Shown here: in pieces, positions 29,135 through 37,673 of the stretch
Numbering within the stretch: the first letter of the stretch is position 1
Layout of the letters: each line of letters starts with the position of its first letter
Origin: an uncultured Verrucomicrobia subdivision 3 bacterium
GTDB taxonomy: Bacteria > Verrucomicrobiota > Verrucomicrobiia > Limisphaerales > UBA11358
Reading direction: 5' to 3'
NCBI GenBank assembly: GCA_903827955.1
Contig: CAIKKJ010000091.1
Span: 4,514 to 68,513, forward strand
Length of the DNA stretch: 64,000 bases
Notes under the pieces: generated by a model
Databases searched by the model: none
What the model saw: only the letters and a program-made list of their open reading frames with translations
What the model was told of the DNA's origin: nothing
Translations under genes and position numbers: made by a program

Positions 29135-29183
29135 TACATTTGTAAATAATGCGCTTGACAAAATTTACAATTGTAAAGATAGT
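29135..29183 (+). promoter_or_regulatory. Putative sigma70-type promoter with two BlaI/MecI-type TACA/TGTA operator dyads upstream of blaI
   Basis: Dyad 1 is TACATTTGTA (29135-29144). -35 TTGACA at 29155-29160. Dyad 2 is the perfect palindrome TTTACAATTGTAAA (29164-29177) filling the 17-nt spacer. -10-like GATAGT at 29178-29183. ATG at 29190. Confidence 0.6.
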
Positions 29184-29189
29184 CGCGCC

Positions 29190-29579
29190 ATGCCCGCACC
29201 GAATGTTGAACTCACTGAGTCTGAATGGTCCGTCATCAAGGCCGTCTGGGAAGCTGAACCCTGCACCGCACCCGCCATCCAGGAAAAACTGTTCAAGCCG
29301 ACCGGTTGGCATTATTCGACCGTCCGCACGTTGATGGATCGCATGGTCACCAAGGGCGTGCTGCGGGCGAAGAAGCAGGGGAAGCTGACCATCTACCAGT
29401 CCGCCGTCACCCGCGCACAGGCGCAGCACGGTGAACTTTTTTACGCGCTCAAGCACGCCTTCAACGGCGCGCTTACGCCGATGGTGCAGTGTCTTTTGGA
29501 GAGCAAAGACTTGAACGCTGCGGAACTGGCGGAACTGGAATTGCTCATCAAGGCGAAGAAAAAATCCGCGAAGAAATAA
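29190..29579 (+). CDS. blaI: BlaI/MecI/CopY family transcriptional repressor
   Basis: 129 aa. LTESEWSVIKAVWEAEPCTAPAIQEKL...WHYSTVRTLMDRMVTKGVLRAKKQGKLTIYQSAV is a winged helix of the penicillinase-repressor family. Confidence 0.9.
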   Translation: MPAPNVELTESEWSVIKAVWEAEPCTAPAIQEKLFKPTGWHYSTVRTLMDRMVTKGVLRAKKQGKLTIYQSAVTRAQAQHGELFYALKHAFNGALTPMVQCLLESKDLNAAELAELELLIKAKKKSAKK

Positions 29580-29597
29580 TCCACCAAAAGGCGCGAC

Positions 29598-32285
29598 ATG
29601 AACTCCTTTATCGAAACTTTGAACCAGTGGGGTGGAAATTTTTTGAACTTCGCGTGGCCGATGTTCTGGCAATCGAGCTTTCTCATCGCGTTATTATTGG
29701 CGTTGGATTTTTTGCTGGCGCGGAAAATTCGCGCGGCCGTGCGATATGCGTTGTGGTTGGCAGTGCTGGTGAAATTGCTGCTGCCGCCCGCGCTGGCGCT
29801 CCCCACAGGTGTCGCGTGGTGGCTGATTCCCGCGCCGCCCGTGGCGAAAGCGTTGCCGGTAAAACATTTCACCGTCACTTACGACGACGCACCCGCGCAA
29901 CCTTACGTCGCGCCGCTGACGGTGGCCATGCCCGCACCGCCGGTGCAATTGGAATTGGCGGGTTGGGCGTTGCTCGCCTCCGTCGTCATCAGCGTTGGAT
30001 TGCTGGTGTGGCTGGCTTTGCGCTGGTGGCAAGTCGCATGGATGGTGCGCAGGGCGACGGCGGCGGAAGAATTTTCTGAAACGCTGGACGAGGCCTTGCG
30101 CTTGGCTGGTGTTCGCGTCGCGCGTTTGAAAATCGTTGAAGGCAAGATGTCGCCCGCGGTTTGCGGGTTGTTGCAGCCGGTGATTTTGCTGCCGCGCGAA
30201 TTGGCGGAAAAATTATCGCCCGCACAGCTTCGCGCCGTGCTGCTGCATGAAATTTTTCACCTGCGGCGCAAGGATGTCTGGGTGAACTGCGCGCAGGCGT
30301 TGCTGCAAATTTTTTACTGGTGGCATCCGTTGCTGTGGTTTGCGAATGCGCACGTCCGCCGCGTGCGCGAGGAAGCCGTGGACGACGCGGTGATGCTGGC
30401 ACTGCGCGACGACGCGGACGGCTACGCGCCCACATTGTTGGAAGTGGCGAAGCTGGCGTTCCGGCGTCCGCTGCTGAGCATCGGCCTCGTGGGCATCATG
30501 GAATCGCGGAGCGCGTTGCGGCAACGGATTGAGCGGTTGGTGGATTTCCGCGCGCCACGTCAGGCAGGGCTGACGCTAGCGTCGCTGTGCGGGGTTTTTG
30601 TTTTCAGCGCGGTGGCCTTGCCGATGGGCGAAGCGCCGCATGTTGCAGAGGGCAAAGGAATTTCATCTCCGGCTATTTCAACTCCGCCAACGGTCGCGCC
30701 CGGCACAAATACGCCACAGGTTTTGATCCAGGCGGAATTTTACCGGATGCAGTTTGCCGATTTTCAACGGGTCGCTTCCGCCGCCAAGTTGGGAGCGGTC
30801 AAGCCGGGTGGAATTGAAAATTTCAAGCAGTTCGTTCAAGGTTTGAAAGCCGCCGGCTTCAAGCCGTTTTCCCGGCCACGGGTGGTGACGAACAACGGCA
30901 TTCGCGCTCAATTCTATGTTGGCAATGAGACGAACTCGGTTGAATTCGACTGCCAGCCTTTCGTGACCAATGGGCTAATCAATCTGACAAGCACCATTAT
31001 CAAGGTTAGTTCGGCGACGGAAAACTCCGCATACATCCATTTTGCCGACGAAATCACTTTGGACAATGGTGGAGGCCATGTGTTTTCCATAAAACCAGTA
31101 GACAGAACGAACGGAAGCAACATCGTTGTGGCGGCCATAAGCGCAGAAATCGTCACCAACAAATCACAATTCCAGCAACGCTTGCAGACCATCATCCAGC
31201 GGGCGAACGATACGAATTCTGTCGTGAGTGGAAACGGCACAAACTTGTTTTTCACGCGGACATACAAAGTGGACACGCGAAGTTTCACCACCAGCTTGAA
31301 GCAGGCGGAAGCGGAGTTGGATGACAAGACAAATTCGGCGGCGGCAGTTTCAGCGGCGGTGCGGAAATTTTTTGCGTGGCTGGGCGTGGACTTGGAATTG
31401 CCCGCCGGCAAGACGATTTTTTACAATGACCGGAACGGGATGTTATTTGTGCGGGCGACGGAGAAGGATTTAGACTTCATTGAGCGGGTCATCCAGACGC
31501 TTAATTACGCGCCGCCGCAAATTCACATCAAGACGCGGTTTGTGGAAGTGCCGAAGGGAACAGTCGCGGATTTCACCAGCCTGCTCAATGCGTCCAACGC
31601 GGCAGCGGAAAGTTTCTCGGGAGTGCTCAACCCGGCGAACGCGCGGAAGGTTTATCGTTCACTGACGGAGCAAAAAAAATCTGAAATTTGGGGCGAGCCG
31701 GAAGTGATCACGTTGAGCGGGCGCCAATGCCAGATGCGGGCAACGCAAGTGCTCACGGTGGTCACCAACTTTGTGTATCAAGAGAGCATCACGAACAACG
31801 CGGGCGCGGTAGTTCCTCAAATAGGAACGTTCGAGACCGGCCCGGTGGTGGATGTCGTTCCGCACGTCTTGGCCGACGGTTACACCATCAATTTGGCGGT
31901 GACAACAACGTTGACGGAATTTTTGGGCTATGCCAGTCCGCCAGATGTGCCGAACGTCGTGAAAAATGAAAACCGGGTTCAGTTGCCAGTCGTTCTGCCG
32001 CGCTTCAACCAACGCCAGGTCACGGCGAATCTAAATTTGTGGGACAACCAGACGGCCGTGCTTGGCGGCATGAGTATAAAAAATATCATCAAAGACAAGA
32101 CGCCGGTGCTAGGCAGTGTGCCGTTGATGGGGAGGATGTTTCAAAGTGAGCACACGAACGAGACGGAAATTCTCGTCTTCGTCACCGCCACCATCGTTGA
32201 CCCAGCGGGCAATCGCGTCCACACGGAGGATGAATTGCCGTTTGCGCAAAAGGGCGTTCCGCCGCAGCCAATGCCTTCGAAGTAA
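29598..32285 (+). CDS. M56 (BlaR1-like) membrane metalloprotease fused to two tandem secretin-like domains
   Basis: 895 aa. N-terminal TM helices and zinc motif LLHEIFHLRRKD (HExxH, residues 217-221), then a further TM helix (GLTLASLCGVFVFSAVAL). C-terminal region carries PPQIHIKTRFVEV, VVDVVPHVLADGYTINL, RQVTANLNLWDNQTAVLGGM, TPVLGSVPLMGRMFQ and ILVFVTATIV (secretin hallmarks). A degenerate copy lies upstream (PQVLIQAEFYRM...RPRVVTNNGIRAQFYVGNE...NIVVAAISAEIV). Confidence 0.85.
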   Translation: MNSFIETLNQWGGNFLNFAWPMFWQSSFLIALLLALDFLLARKIRAAVRYALWLAVLVKLLLPPALALPTGVAWWLIPAPPVAKALPVKHFTVTYDDAPAQPYVAPLTVAMPAPPVQLELAGWALLASVVISVGLLVWLALRWWQVAWMVRRATAAEEFSETLDEALRLAGVRVARLKIVEGKMSPAVCGLLQPVILLPRELAEKLSPAQLRAVLLHEIFHLRRKDVWVNCAQALLQIFYWWHPLLWFANAHVRRVREEAVDDAVMLALRDDADGYAPTLLEVAKLAFRRPLLSIGLVGIMESRSALRQRIERLVDFRAPRQAGLTLASLCGVFVFSAVALPMGEAPHVAEGKGISSPAISTPPTVAPGTNTPQVLIQAEFYRMQFADFQRVASAAKLGAVKPGGIENFKQFVQGLKAAGFKPFSRPRVVTNNGIRAQFYVGNETNSVEFDCQPFVTNGLINLTSTIIKVSSATENSAYIHFADEITLDNGGGHVFSIKPVDRTNGSNIVVAAISAEIVTNKSQFQQRLQTIIQRANDTNSVVSGNGTNLFFTRTYKVDTRSFTTSLKQAEAELDDKTNSAAAVSAAVRKFFAWLGVDLELPAGKTIFYNDRNGMLFVRATEKDLDFIERVIQTLNYAPPQIHIKTRFVEVPKGTVADFTSLLNASNAAAESFSGVLNPANARKVYRSLTEQKKSEIWGEPEVITLSGRQCQMRATQVLTVVTNFVYQESITNNAGAVVPQIGTFETGPVVDVVPHVLADGYTINLAVTTTLTEFLGYASPPDVPNVVKNENRVQLPVVLPRFNQRQVTANLNLWDNQTAVLGGMSIKNIIKDKTPVLGSVPLMGRMFQSEHTNETEILVFVTATIVDPAGNRVHTEDELPFAQKGVPPQPMPSK

Positions 32286-32336
32286 TTTTGTGTGGTGGAA
32301 TTGATCGCGTTGCGACTCATCAGTTGGTCCCACTAA

Positions 32337-33170
32337 TCAATGAGCTGTTTCCAAAATTTTTCCGAGAATCTTGCGGATGTCTTCGTTGTGCTGCTGCGAA
32401 GCGATCCCGAAGGCGTGGACGATATCCACCAGAAATGCGCCGTTCTCGCGGTTGAAATCGTAAAATACCGTCTCCTTGGATTTCGCCTTGGAAGGGGGGC
32501 GCGGGGAGCCGTCCATCGCGAGCAGTTCATCCATCGGCAGGCAGACGTATATCATCGCCTGATAACCGACGGCGCGTTGCTTTTGTTTGAGTTGGATTTG
32601 CACGGAGCCGTGCGGCGTGGTCTTGGTGAACTGCGGCAGCTTTTGCACTGCGCTTTGAAAACCATCCGCCGTGGTGTTGGTAGAAACTTCCACCTCCACG
32701 GCGCGGCTTTCTTCAAACGTTCCCGTGGAATTCTTTTTCAATAATTCCACCTCGTGCACCAATTCGTTGGTGGAAAGCAATCCCAGCCGCACCGCTTCAA
32801 AAATAATTTTGGAAAGTTCGTGGCCGTATTTCGTCTCGCCTTTGCGGGTGAATTTGATTTCGGGAACGACCGTGATGTCCTTCGGGTCGGGCGTGTCATA
32901 GCCGATCTGCCATTCAAGATAATGTTTTTTACCGAGTAAAACTTTTGACGGCGCGACGGGGAGTCCGAAACCGTCCAAAGATTTTTCCTTCACGCGCACC
33001 TTGCCAGTCACATCGGTGAGCGGCAGACGGACACGCACGGAGTTAGTCAGCGTCTCGATGCGGACGAGCTTATATTCCGCATCGGTGCTGAATGCATGCA
33101 GTGCGAACCCGCAAAAGATGATTGCGATGGTGATGGTTTTTCGCATAAAGCTTTTAGACAGCATCAACAA
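32337..33170 (-). CDS. Secreted hypothetical protein
   Basis: 277 aa with N-terminal signal peptide (KTITIAIIFCGFALHAFS). No recognisable domain. Visibly lower GC than its neighbours. Confidence 0.5.
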   Translation of the reverse strand: MLMLSKSFMRKTITIAIIFCGFALHAFSTDAEYKLVRIETLTNSVRVRLPLTDVTGKVRVKEKSLDGFGLPVAPSKVLLGKKHYLEWQIGYDTPDPKDITVVPEIKFTRKGETKYGHELSKIIFEAVRLGLLSTNELVHEVELLKKNSTGTFEESRAVEVEVSTNTTADGFQSAVQKLPQFTKTTPHGSVQIQLKQKQRAVGYQAMIYVCLPMDELLAMDGSPRPPSKAKSKETVFYDFNRENGAFLVDIVHAFGIASQQHNEDIRKILGKILETAH

Positions 33171-33218
33171 GATTGTCAGGATTAGTTCCGAGGCAATCCT
33201 GTTAATTCTGTCTTGAAA

Positions 33219-35765
33219 TTATTCCGGTCGCACGATGGAAACCACGAACGCATCGGGCTTCAAGTATTTGTTCGCGGCGGCCTTGACCTGTTCCAGTGTG
33301 ACGGCTTCGTATTTTGCATCGTCGAGTTCCGCGCGTTGCCAGCCGAGGTTGTAAAGCTCGTCGAGGGCGCTGGTGGACGCGAGGTTGCAGAGGTCGGCGC
33401 GCGCGATTTTTTTTCCGCCGATGATTTTAGCTTTCGCGCGTTTCAGCTCGTCAGCCGTCAAACCTTCCGTGCGGAGTAATTCCGCTTCCTTGAACAATTC
33501 CGCTTCGACCTGCGCGGCCTTCGTCGGTTCGGTGCCGGTGTAAAACGCGAAGTAGCCAGGCGCAAGGCCCACGAAATTTTGTGCGCCGACGTAATAAGCC
33601 AGGCCGAGCTGTTCGCGGATGCGGAGAAACAAGCGCGAGCCGAGGTCGCTGCAACATTCTTGCAACAGGTCGAGCGCGTATTTGTCGTCACTGTGAATGG
33701 TCGTGCCGGGAAAGCCGATGACGAGCACGGCTTGTTTTTTGTCGCGAGTTTCTTCCACGCGCTTGGGCGAATTGATGATGTTTGATTGTGAGCTGAGCGC
33801 AAAGGTGGTGGATTTTTTCCAGCCCGCAAACGCTTTTTCCACCGCCGCTCGCACCGCGCCAGTTTTCACGTCGCCGAAAATGGCCAGCACGCAATTATTC
33901 GGCACGGCGAATTTTTGGTGAATCGCCTTTAAGCCCGCCGGCTTGAGTTTGGTGATGGTTTCCTCGGTGCCAAGTGAATCGAGACCGTAGCCTGTGTTGC
34001 CGAAAAGCGCCTTGCGCATCGCGAGGCTCGCGCTCTTCAGCAGTTCATCTTTGCGCGCTTGAATGCTGGCGACCTGGACTTCCACTTCGCGTGCCAATTC
34101 ATCGGCGGGGAAAGTTGGATTCAAAATCACATCGGCCAACAAATTTAGGCCGGTGGCGAAATCGTCGCTCAACACTTCCGCATTCACGCCAAAGCTGTTG
34201 TTGCCGCCGTAGCTGTCAATGTGGCCGCCGACGGATTCGATTTCCGTCGCAATTTTTTCTGCGTTACGCGTGGTCGTGCCTTTGATGAGCAGCTTGGCGA
34301 GCAACGTGGTCGAGCCGTTGTTCTCGGCGGTTTCCGCGAGGACGCCGCCTTGGAACACGGCGCGGAATTCTACGAACGGCAGGCGGTGATCCTCCTTTAC
34401 CAAAAGTTTCAGACCGTTCGGCAGTTCAATTTTCTGGATCGGATGGTCGGTGTTCAACTCGACGTTCGCCTTGAGTTTGGGCGATGCGCCTTCGGGCAAC
34501 AGCGCGTAAAGCGTGCGGTTTTCCACCGTGAGATAATGTCGCGCGACGCGCTGGACATCGTTGGTCGTCACCTTCTTCACGGCGGCGAGGTAACGTTCGG
34601 AAAAATTCAGGTCATTCGCCGCGAGCCAGTTGCCGCCGAGATTTTGCGCCTGGCCTTCCATCGTCTTGCGCGAGGACAGCGTGGCGGAAATGAACTGCTT
34701 GATGGCCTTCTGCAATTCATCGGCGGAGACGGACATGGATTTTACTTTTTCAATTTCGGCGAGAATCGCGGTGTTCGCGGCTTCGAACTTGTCGCCATCC
34801 ACCATAGAGCTGACCCCGAATAATCCCGGCAATCCCGGGCTGTAAGTCCACGCGTCCACATGGTGCACAACGCCCTGACGTTCGCGCACTTGCTGGAACA
34901 AGCGCGAACTGCGGCCGCTGCCGAGCAGCACGGCGAGCACGTCCAGCACAGGAACGTCGGCGTGACGCAGTTCGGGAATGTGCCACGCAAAATGCACATG
35001 GCCGAGTTCCACCTTGGATTCCTCGATGATTTCTCGCGCAGCCGTCTGGCGCGGTTCGAGCGGCAGCACGCTCGGCGGCATCGGCTTGGATTTGCTGGCG
35101 GCGTAGGCGGTTTTGATTTGCGCGACGACGTCGGAATTATTCACATCGCCGGCGACGACGAAGAAGACATTGTTCGGCGCGTATTTTTCCGTGTAGTAAT
35201 TGCGGATGTCGTCCGGCTTCACGTCGTTGAAAATATCCGGGTAACCGATGATCGTGAATCGATACGGGCTTTTCGTGTAAGCCGTTTCAAACAGCCGGCG
35301 GCTCGCCCGACGGCCCGGATCGTCGTGGCACATATCCATTTCGCGGCGGATGACATCCATCTCCTTCGCGAGTTCGTCCGGCGGCAACGTCGCGTGCTGC
35401 ATGATGTCGCACAAAATATCAATCGCTTTCACCGCGCCGGTGTTCGGCACGTCAATGTGATAGACCGTGCGGTCGAAACTCGTGTAGGCGTTCATGTAAC
35501 CGCCCGCCTCCTGCACTTCTTGGTCAATGCGACTGCCCGCGCGCGTCGTCGTGCCTTTGAACAGCATGTGTTCGAGGACGTGCGAAAGGCCCGCGCCGAG
35601 CCAGCGATCTTCGTGAATGCTGCCGGCCATCGCCCACGCCTGCGCGCTGACGACCGGCGCGTTGTGGTCTTCGCGGACGATGATGACGAGGCCGTTGTCG
35701 AGTGTGGTCAGCGTGACGCCGGGCGGAATGGAAGGGATGGCGGCGGTGGAAATTGGTTTGCTCAT
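33219..35765 (-). CDS. M16 family (pitrilysin/insulinase-like) zinc peptidase, double-unit fusion
   Basis: 848 aa. Inverted zinc motif HVLEHMLFKGT (HxxEH) in the first half; the second M16-like half lacks the motif. Confidence 0.9.
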   Translation of the reverse strand: MSKPISTAAIPSIPPGVTLTTLDNGLVIIVREDHNAPVVSAQAWAMAGSIHEDRWLGAGLSHVLEHMLFKGTTTRAGSRIDQEVQEAGGYMNAYTSFDRTVYHIDVPNTGAVKAIDILCDIMQHATLPPDELAKEMDVIRREMDMCHDDPGRRASRRLFETAYTKSPYRFTIIGYPDIFNDVKPDDIRNYYTEKYAPNNVFFVVAGDVNNSDVVAQIKTAYAASKSKPMPPSVLPLEPRQTAAREIIEESKVELGHVHFAWHIPELRHADVPVLDVLAVLLGSGRSSRLFQQVRERQGVVHHVDAWTYSPGLPGLFGVSSMVDGDKFEAANTAILAEIEKVKSMSVSADELQKAIKQFISATLSSRKTMEGQAQNLGGNWLAANDLNFSERYLAAVKKVTTNDVQRVARHYLTVENRTLYALLPEGASPKLKANVELNTDHPIQKIELPNGLKLLVKEDHRLPFVEFRAVFQGGVLAETAENNGSTTLLAKLLIKGTTTRNAEKIATEIESVGGHIDSYGGNNSFGVNAEVLSDDFATGLNLLADVILNPTFPADELAREVEVQVASIQARKDELLKSASLAMRKALFGNTGYGLDSLGTEETITKLKPAGLKAIHQKFAVPNNCVLAIFGDVKTGAVRAAVEKAFAGWKKSTTFALSSQSNIINSPKRVEETRDKKQAVLVIGFPGTTIHSDDKYALDLLQECCSDLGSRLFLRIREQLGLAYYVGAQNFVGLAPGYFAFYTGTEPTKAAQVEAELFKEAELLRTEGLTADELKRAKAKIIGGKKIARADLCNLASTSALDELYNLGWQRAELDDAKYEAVTLEQVKAAANKYLKPDAFVVSIVRPE

Positions 35766-35876
35766 TTCAAATAATGGAACAAGCAGCGTAACGGGAAACG
35801 CGCGACGGGAAAAGCAATTTGGCGTGGTAACGGGCGAAGAATGTTCCGTGTTACGCTGGCTAGTGCTGGCGCAGGA

Positions 35877-36851
35877 TTAATTCACCGCCACCGGCCAGCC
35901 GCTCGACCAGTCGATTTTGCCGATTGCCAGTCGGGAGCGGCCGCGCGTTTCGGCGTCGTAATAGTGATAACTGAACTGCGTCAAGCCGTTCGTGTTGCCG
36001 TCGTCCACGATGCCGATGTGGCCGGGGCCGATGAAGCGCCCGCTGCTGGCAAGAAAGGGCGAGCCGCCGCCGGTGGCGAGGTCGTTGCCGTCGCGGTCGC
36101 GATACGGGCCGGTGATTTTTTCGGCGCGGCCCACGCGGACTTCGTAGGTGCTGTCGGTTCCCTGGCAGCACTGGCCCCAGTTGACGAAGAGGTAATAAAA
36201 TTTTCCATGCCGCGTGAGACACGCGGCTTCGATGGAATGATTCCACGCGAGTTGGATTGGGGGTAAGTTGGTGTTCGCGCGCAGGCCGGTCTGCGGGTCG
36301 AGCTCGGTCAGAAAAATTCCTTTCCAATACGAACCAAACGCGAGCCAGAGTTTGCCGTCGGTGTCGAAAAACACGCTGGGGTCAATGGTGTTGAAGGGCA
36401 TCCCGTTCGTGGAGGCAATCACCGCGCCGACATCTTTCCAAGAATAATTTGTCGCTGTCACGTCCAGCGTTGGGGAGACGGCGAGACCGATGACGGAGAT
36501 TTGTTTCTGCCAAGTGGAGCAGGAGTAGTAGAGGAAAAATTTTCCGTTCACGCGCACCACGTCCGGCGCCCAGACGGTGCCGTCGAATGTGGGAACCCAA
36601 TGTTTCGTCCATGCGGGAACGGTGGCGAATATGGCATCGCCGTTCGTCCAGTGGATCAAGTCCGGCGACGATTTGGTGCGGATGCCCGGCCCGGTGTTGA
36701 AGCTAAAATAGTGTCCGTGATCTTTTTGAATGGTGGACGGGTCGTGGGAAAATGTCTGGCCTTCCAGATTCAGCGGCGTGAAATTAGTTTCCGCGCCACT
36801 CGCGGCCTTGGCTATGAACAAGGTGAGAGCGAGGAGAAATTTCATTGGCAT
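35877..36851 (-). CDS. GH43 family glycoside hydrolase (endo-arabinanase-like five-bladed propeller)
   Basis: Signal peptide MPMKFLLALTLFIAKAASG. HDPSTIQKDHGHYFSF, WAPDVVRVNGKFFLYYS, IDPSVFFDTDGKLWLAFGSYW and EAACLTRHGKFYYLF. The start ATG overlaps the upstream GT2 stop (TGATG). Confidence 0.85.
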   Translation of the reverse strand: MPMKFLLALTLFIAKAASGAETNFTPLNLEGQTFSHDPSTIQKDHGHYFSFNTGPGIRTKSSPDLIHWTNGDAIFATVPAWTKHWVPTFDGTVWAPDVVRVNGKFFLYYSCSTWQKQISVIGLAVSPTLDVTATNYSWKDVGAVIASTNGMPFNTIDPSVFFDTDGKLWLAFGSYWKGIFLTELDPQTGLRANTNLPPIQLAWNHSIEAACLTRHGKFYYLFVNWGQCCQGTDSTYEVRVGRAEKITGPYRDRDGNDLATGGGSPFLASSGRFIGPGHIGIVDDGNTNGLTQFSYHYYDAETRGRSRLAIGKIDWSSGWPVAVN

Positions 36852-37582
36852 CAATTTTTCTCGCGCGGAAAACGGCGGCAGCCGTTTTGTAGCAGGAGCC
36901 ACCAGACCATCCAGAACGCTTCGACGACGATGTGGCGCGATAGTTTGGACGTGCCTTCCACGCGGTCGGCAAACGTGATGGGCACTTCAGTGACGCGAAA
37001 GCCTTCGCGCCACAGGCGGTGCGTGAGTTCGATTTGGAAGCTGTAGCCGTTGGCACGCACGGCGTCGAGTTCGATGGCTTGCAGCGCGCGGCGGCGGAAA
37101 CATTTGTAGCCACCGGTCGGGTCGGTGAACGGCATTCCCGTGATAAGCCACACGTAAATGCCCGCGCAACGGCTCAAGAGCAGTCGCTTGAGCGGCCAGT
37201 TCAGCACGCGCACGCCGCCGGTGTAGCGCGAGCCGATGACAAGATCGTTTTGAGCGGCGGCTTTCAGGAAGTTGGCGATTTCATCCGGGTCGTGCGAAAA
37301 ATCGCAGTCCATCTCGAAGATGAATTCGTAATTTTTTTCCAGCGCCCATTGAAAGCCGGCGATGTAGGCGCGGCCAAGGCCGTTTTTTTCCGAGCGATGC
37401 AGGACGTTGATCTGCGGATGTTTTGCGGCGAGTTCGTCGGCGAGTTTGCCGGTGCCGTCGGGGGAATTGTCGTCCACCACCAGCACGTCCACGGCGACGG
37501 GCAGCGACAAAAGTTTCGCAGCCATGCGCGGGAGGTTGTCCCGTTCATTGTAGGTCGGCACGATGATGAGCGTCTGGTTCAT
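36851..37582 (-). CDS. GT2 polyprenol-phosphate mannosyltransferase (Dpm1/Ppm1-like)
   Basis: MNQTLIIVPTYNERDNL, VLVVDDNSPDGTG and EKNGLGRAYIAGF. The longer ORF from 37636 is probably not used. Confidence 0.85.
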   Translation of the reverse strand: MNQTLIIVPTYNERDNLPRMAAKLLSLPVAVDVLVVDDNSPDGTGKLADELAAKHPQINVLHRSEKNGLGRAYIAGFQWALEKNYEFIFEMDCDFSHDPDEIANFLKAAAQNDLVIGSRYTGGVRVLNWPLKRLLLSRCAGIYVWLITGMPFTDPTGGYKCFRRRALQAIELDAVRANGYSFQIELTHRLWREGFRVTEVPITFADRVEGTSKLSRHIVVEAFWMVWWLLLQNGCRRFPREKN

Positions 37583-37673
37583 GCGGCGGCGCAGATTGTT
37601 AAAAAACTTGGACGCAAAAACAAGGCGGCAGTTCAATCTGGTTATTCGCGCGGAAAAAAATTATCATGGCGGC

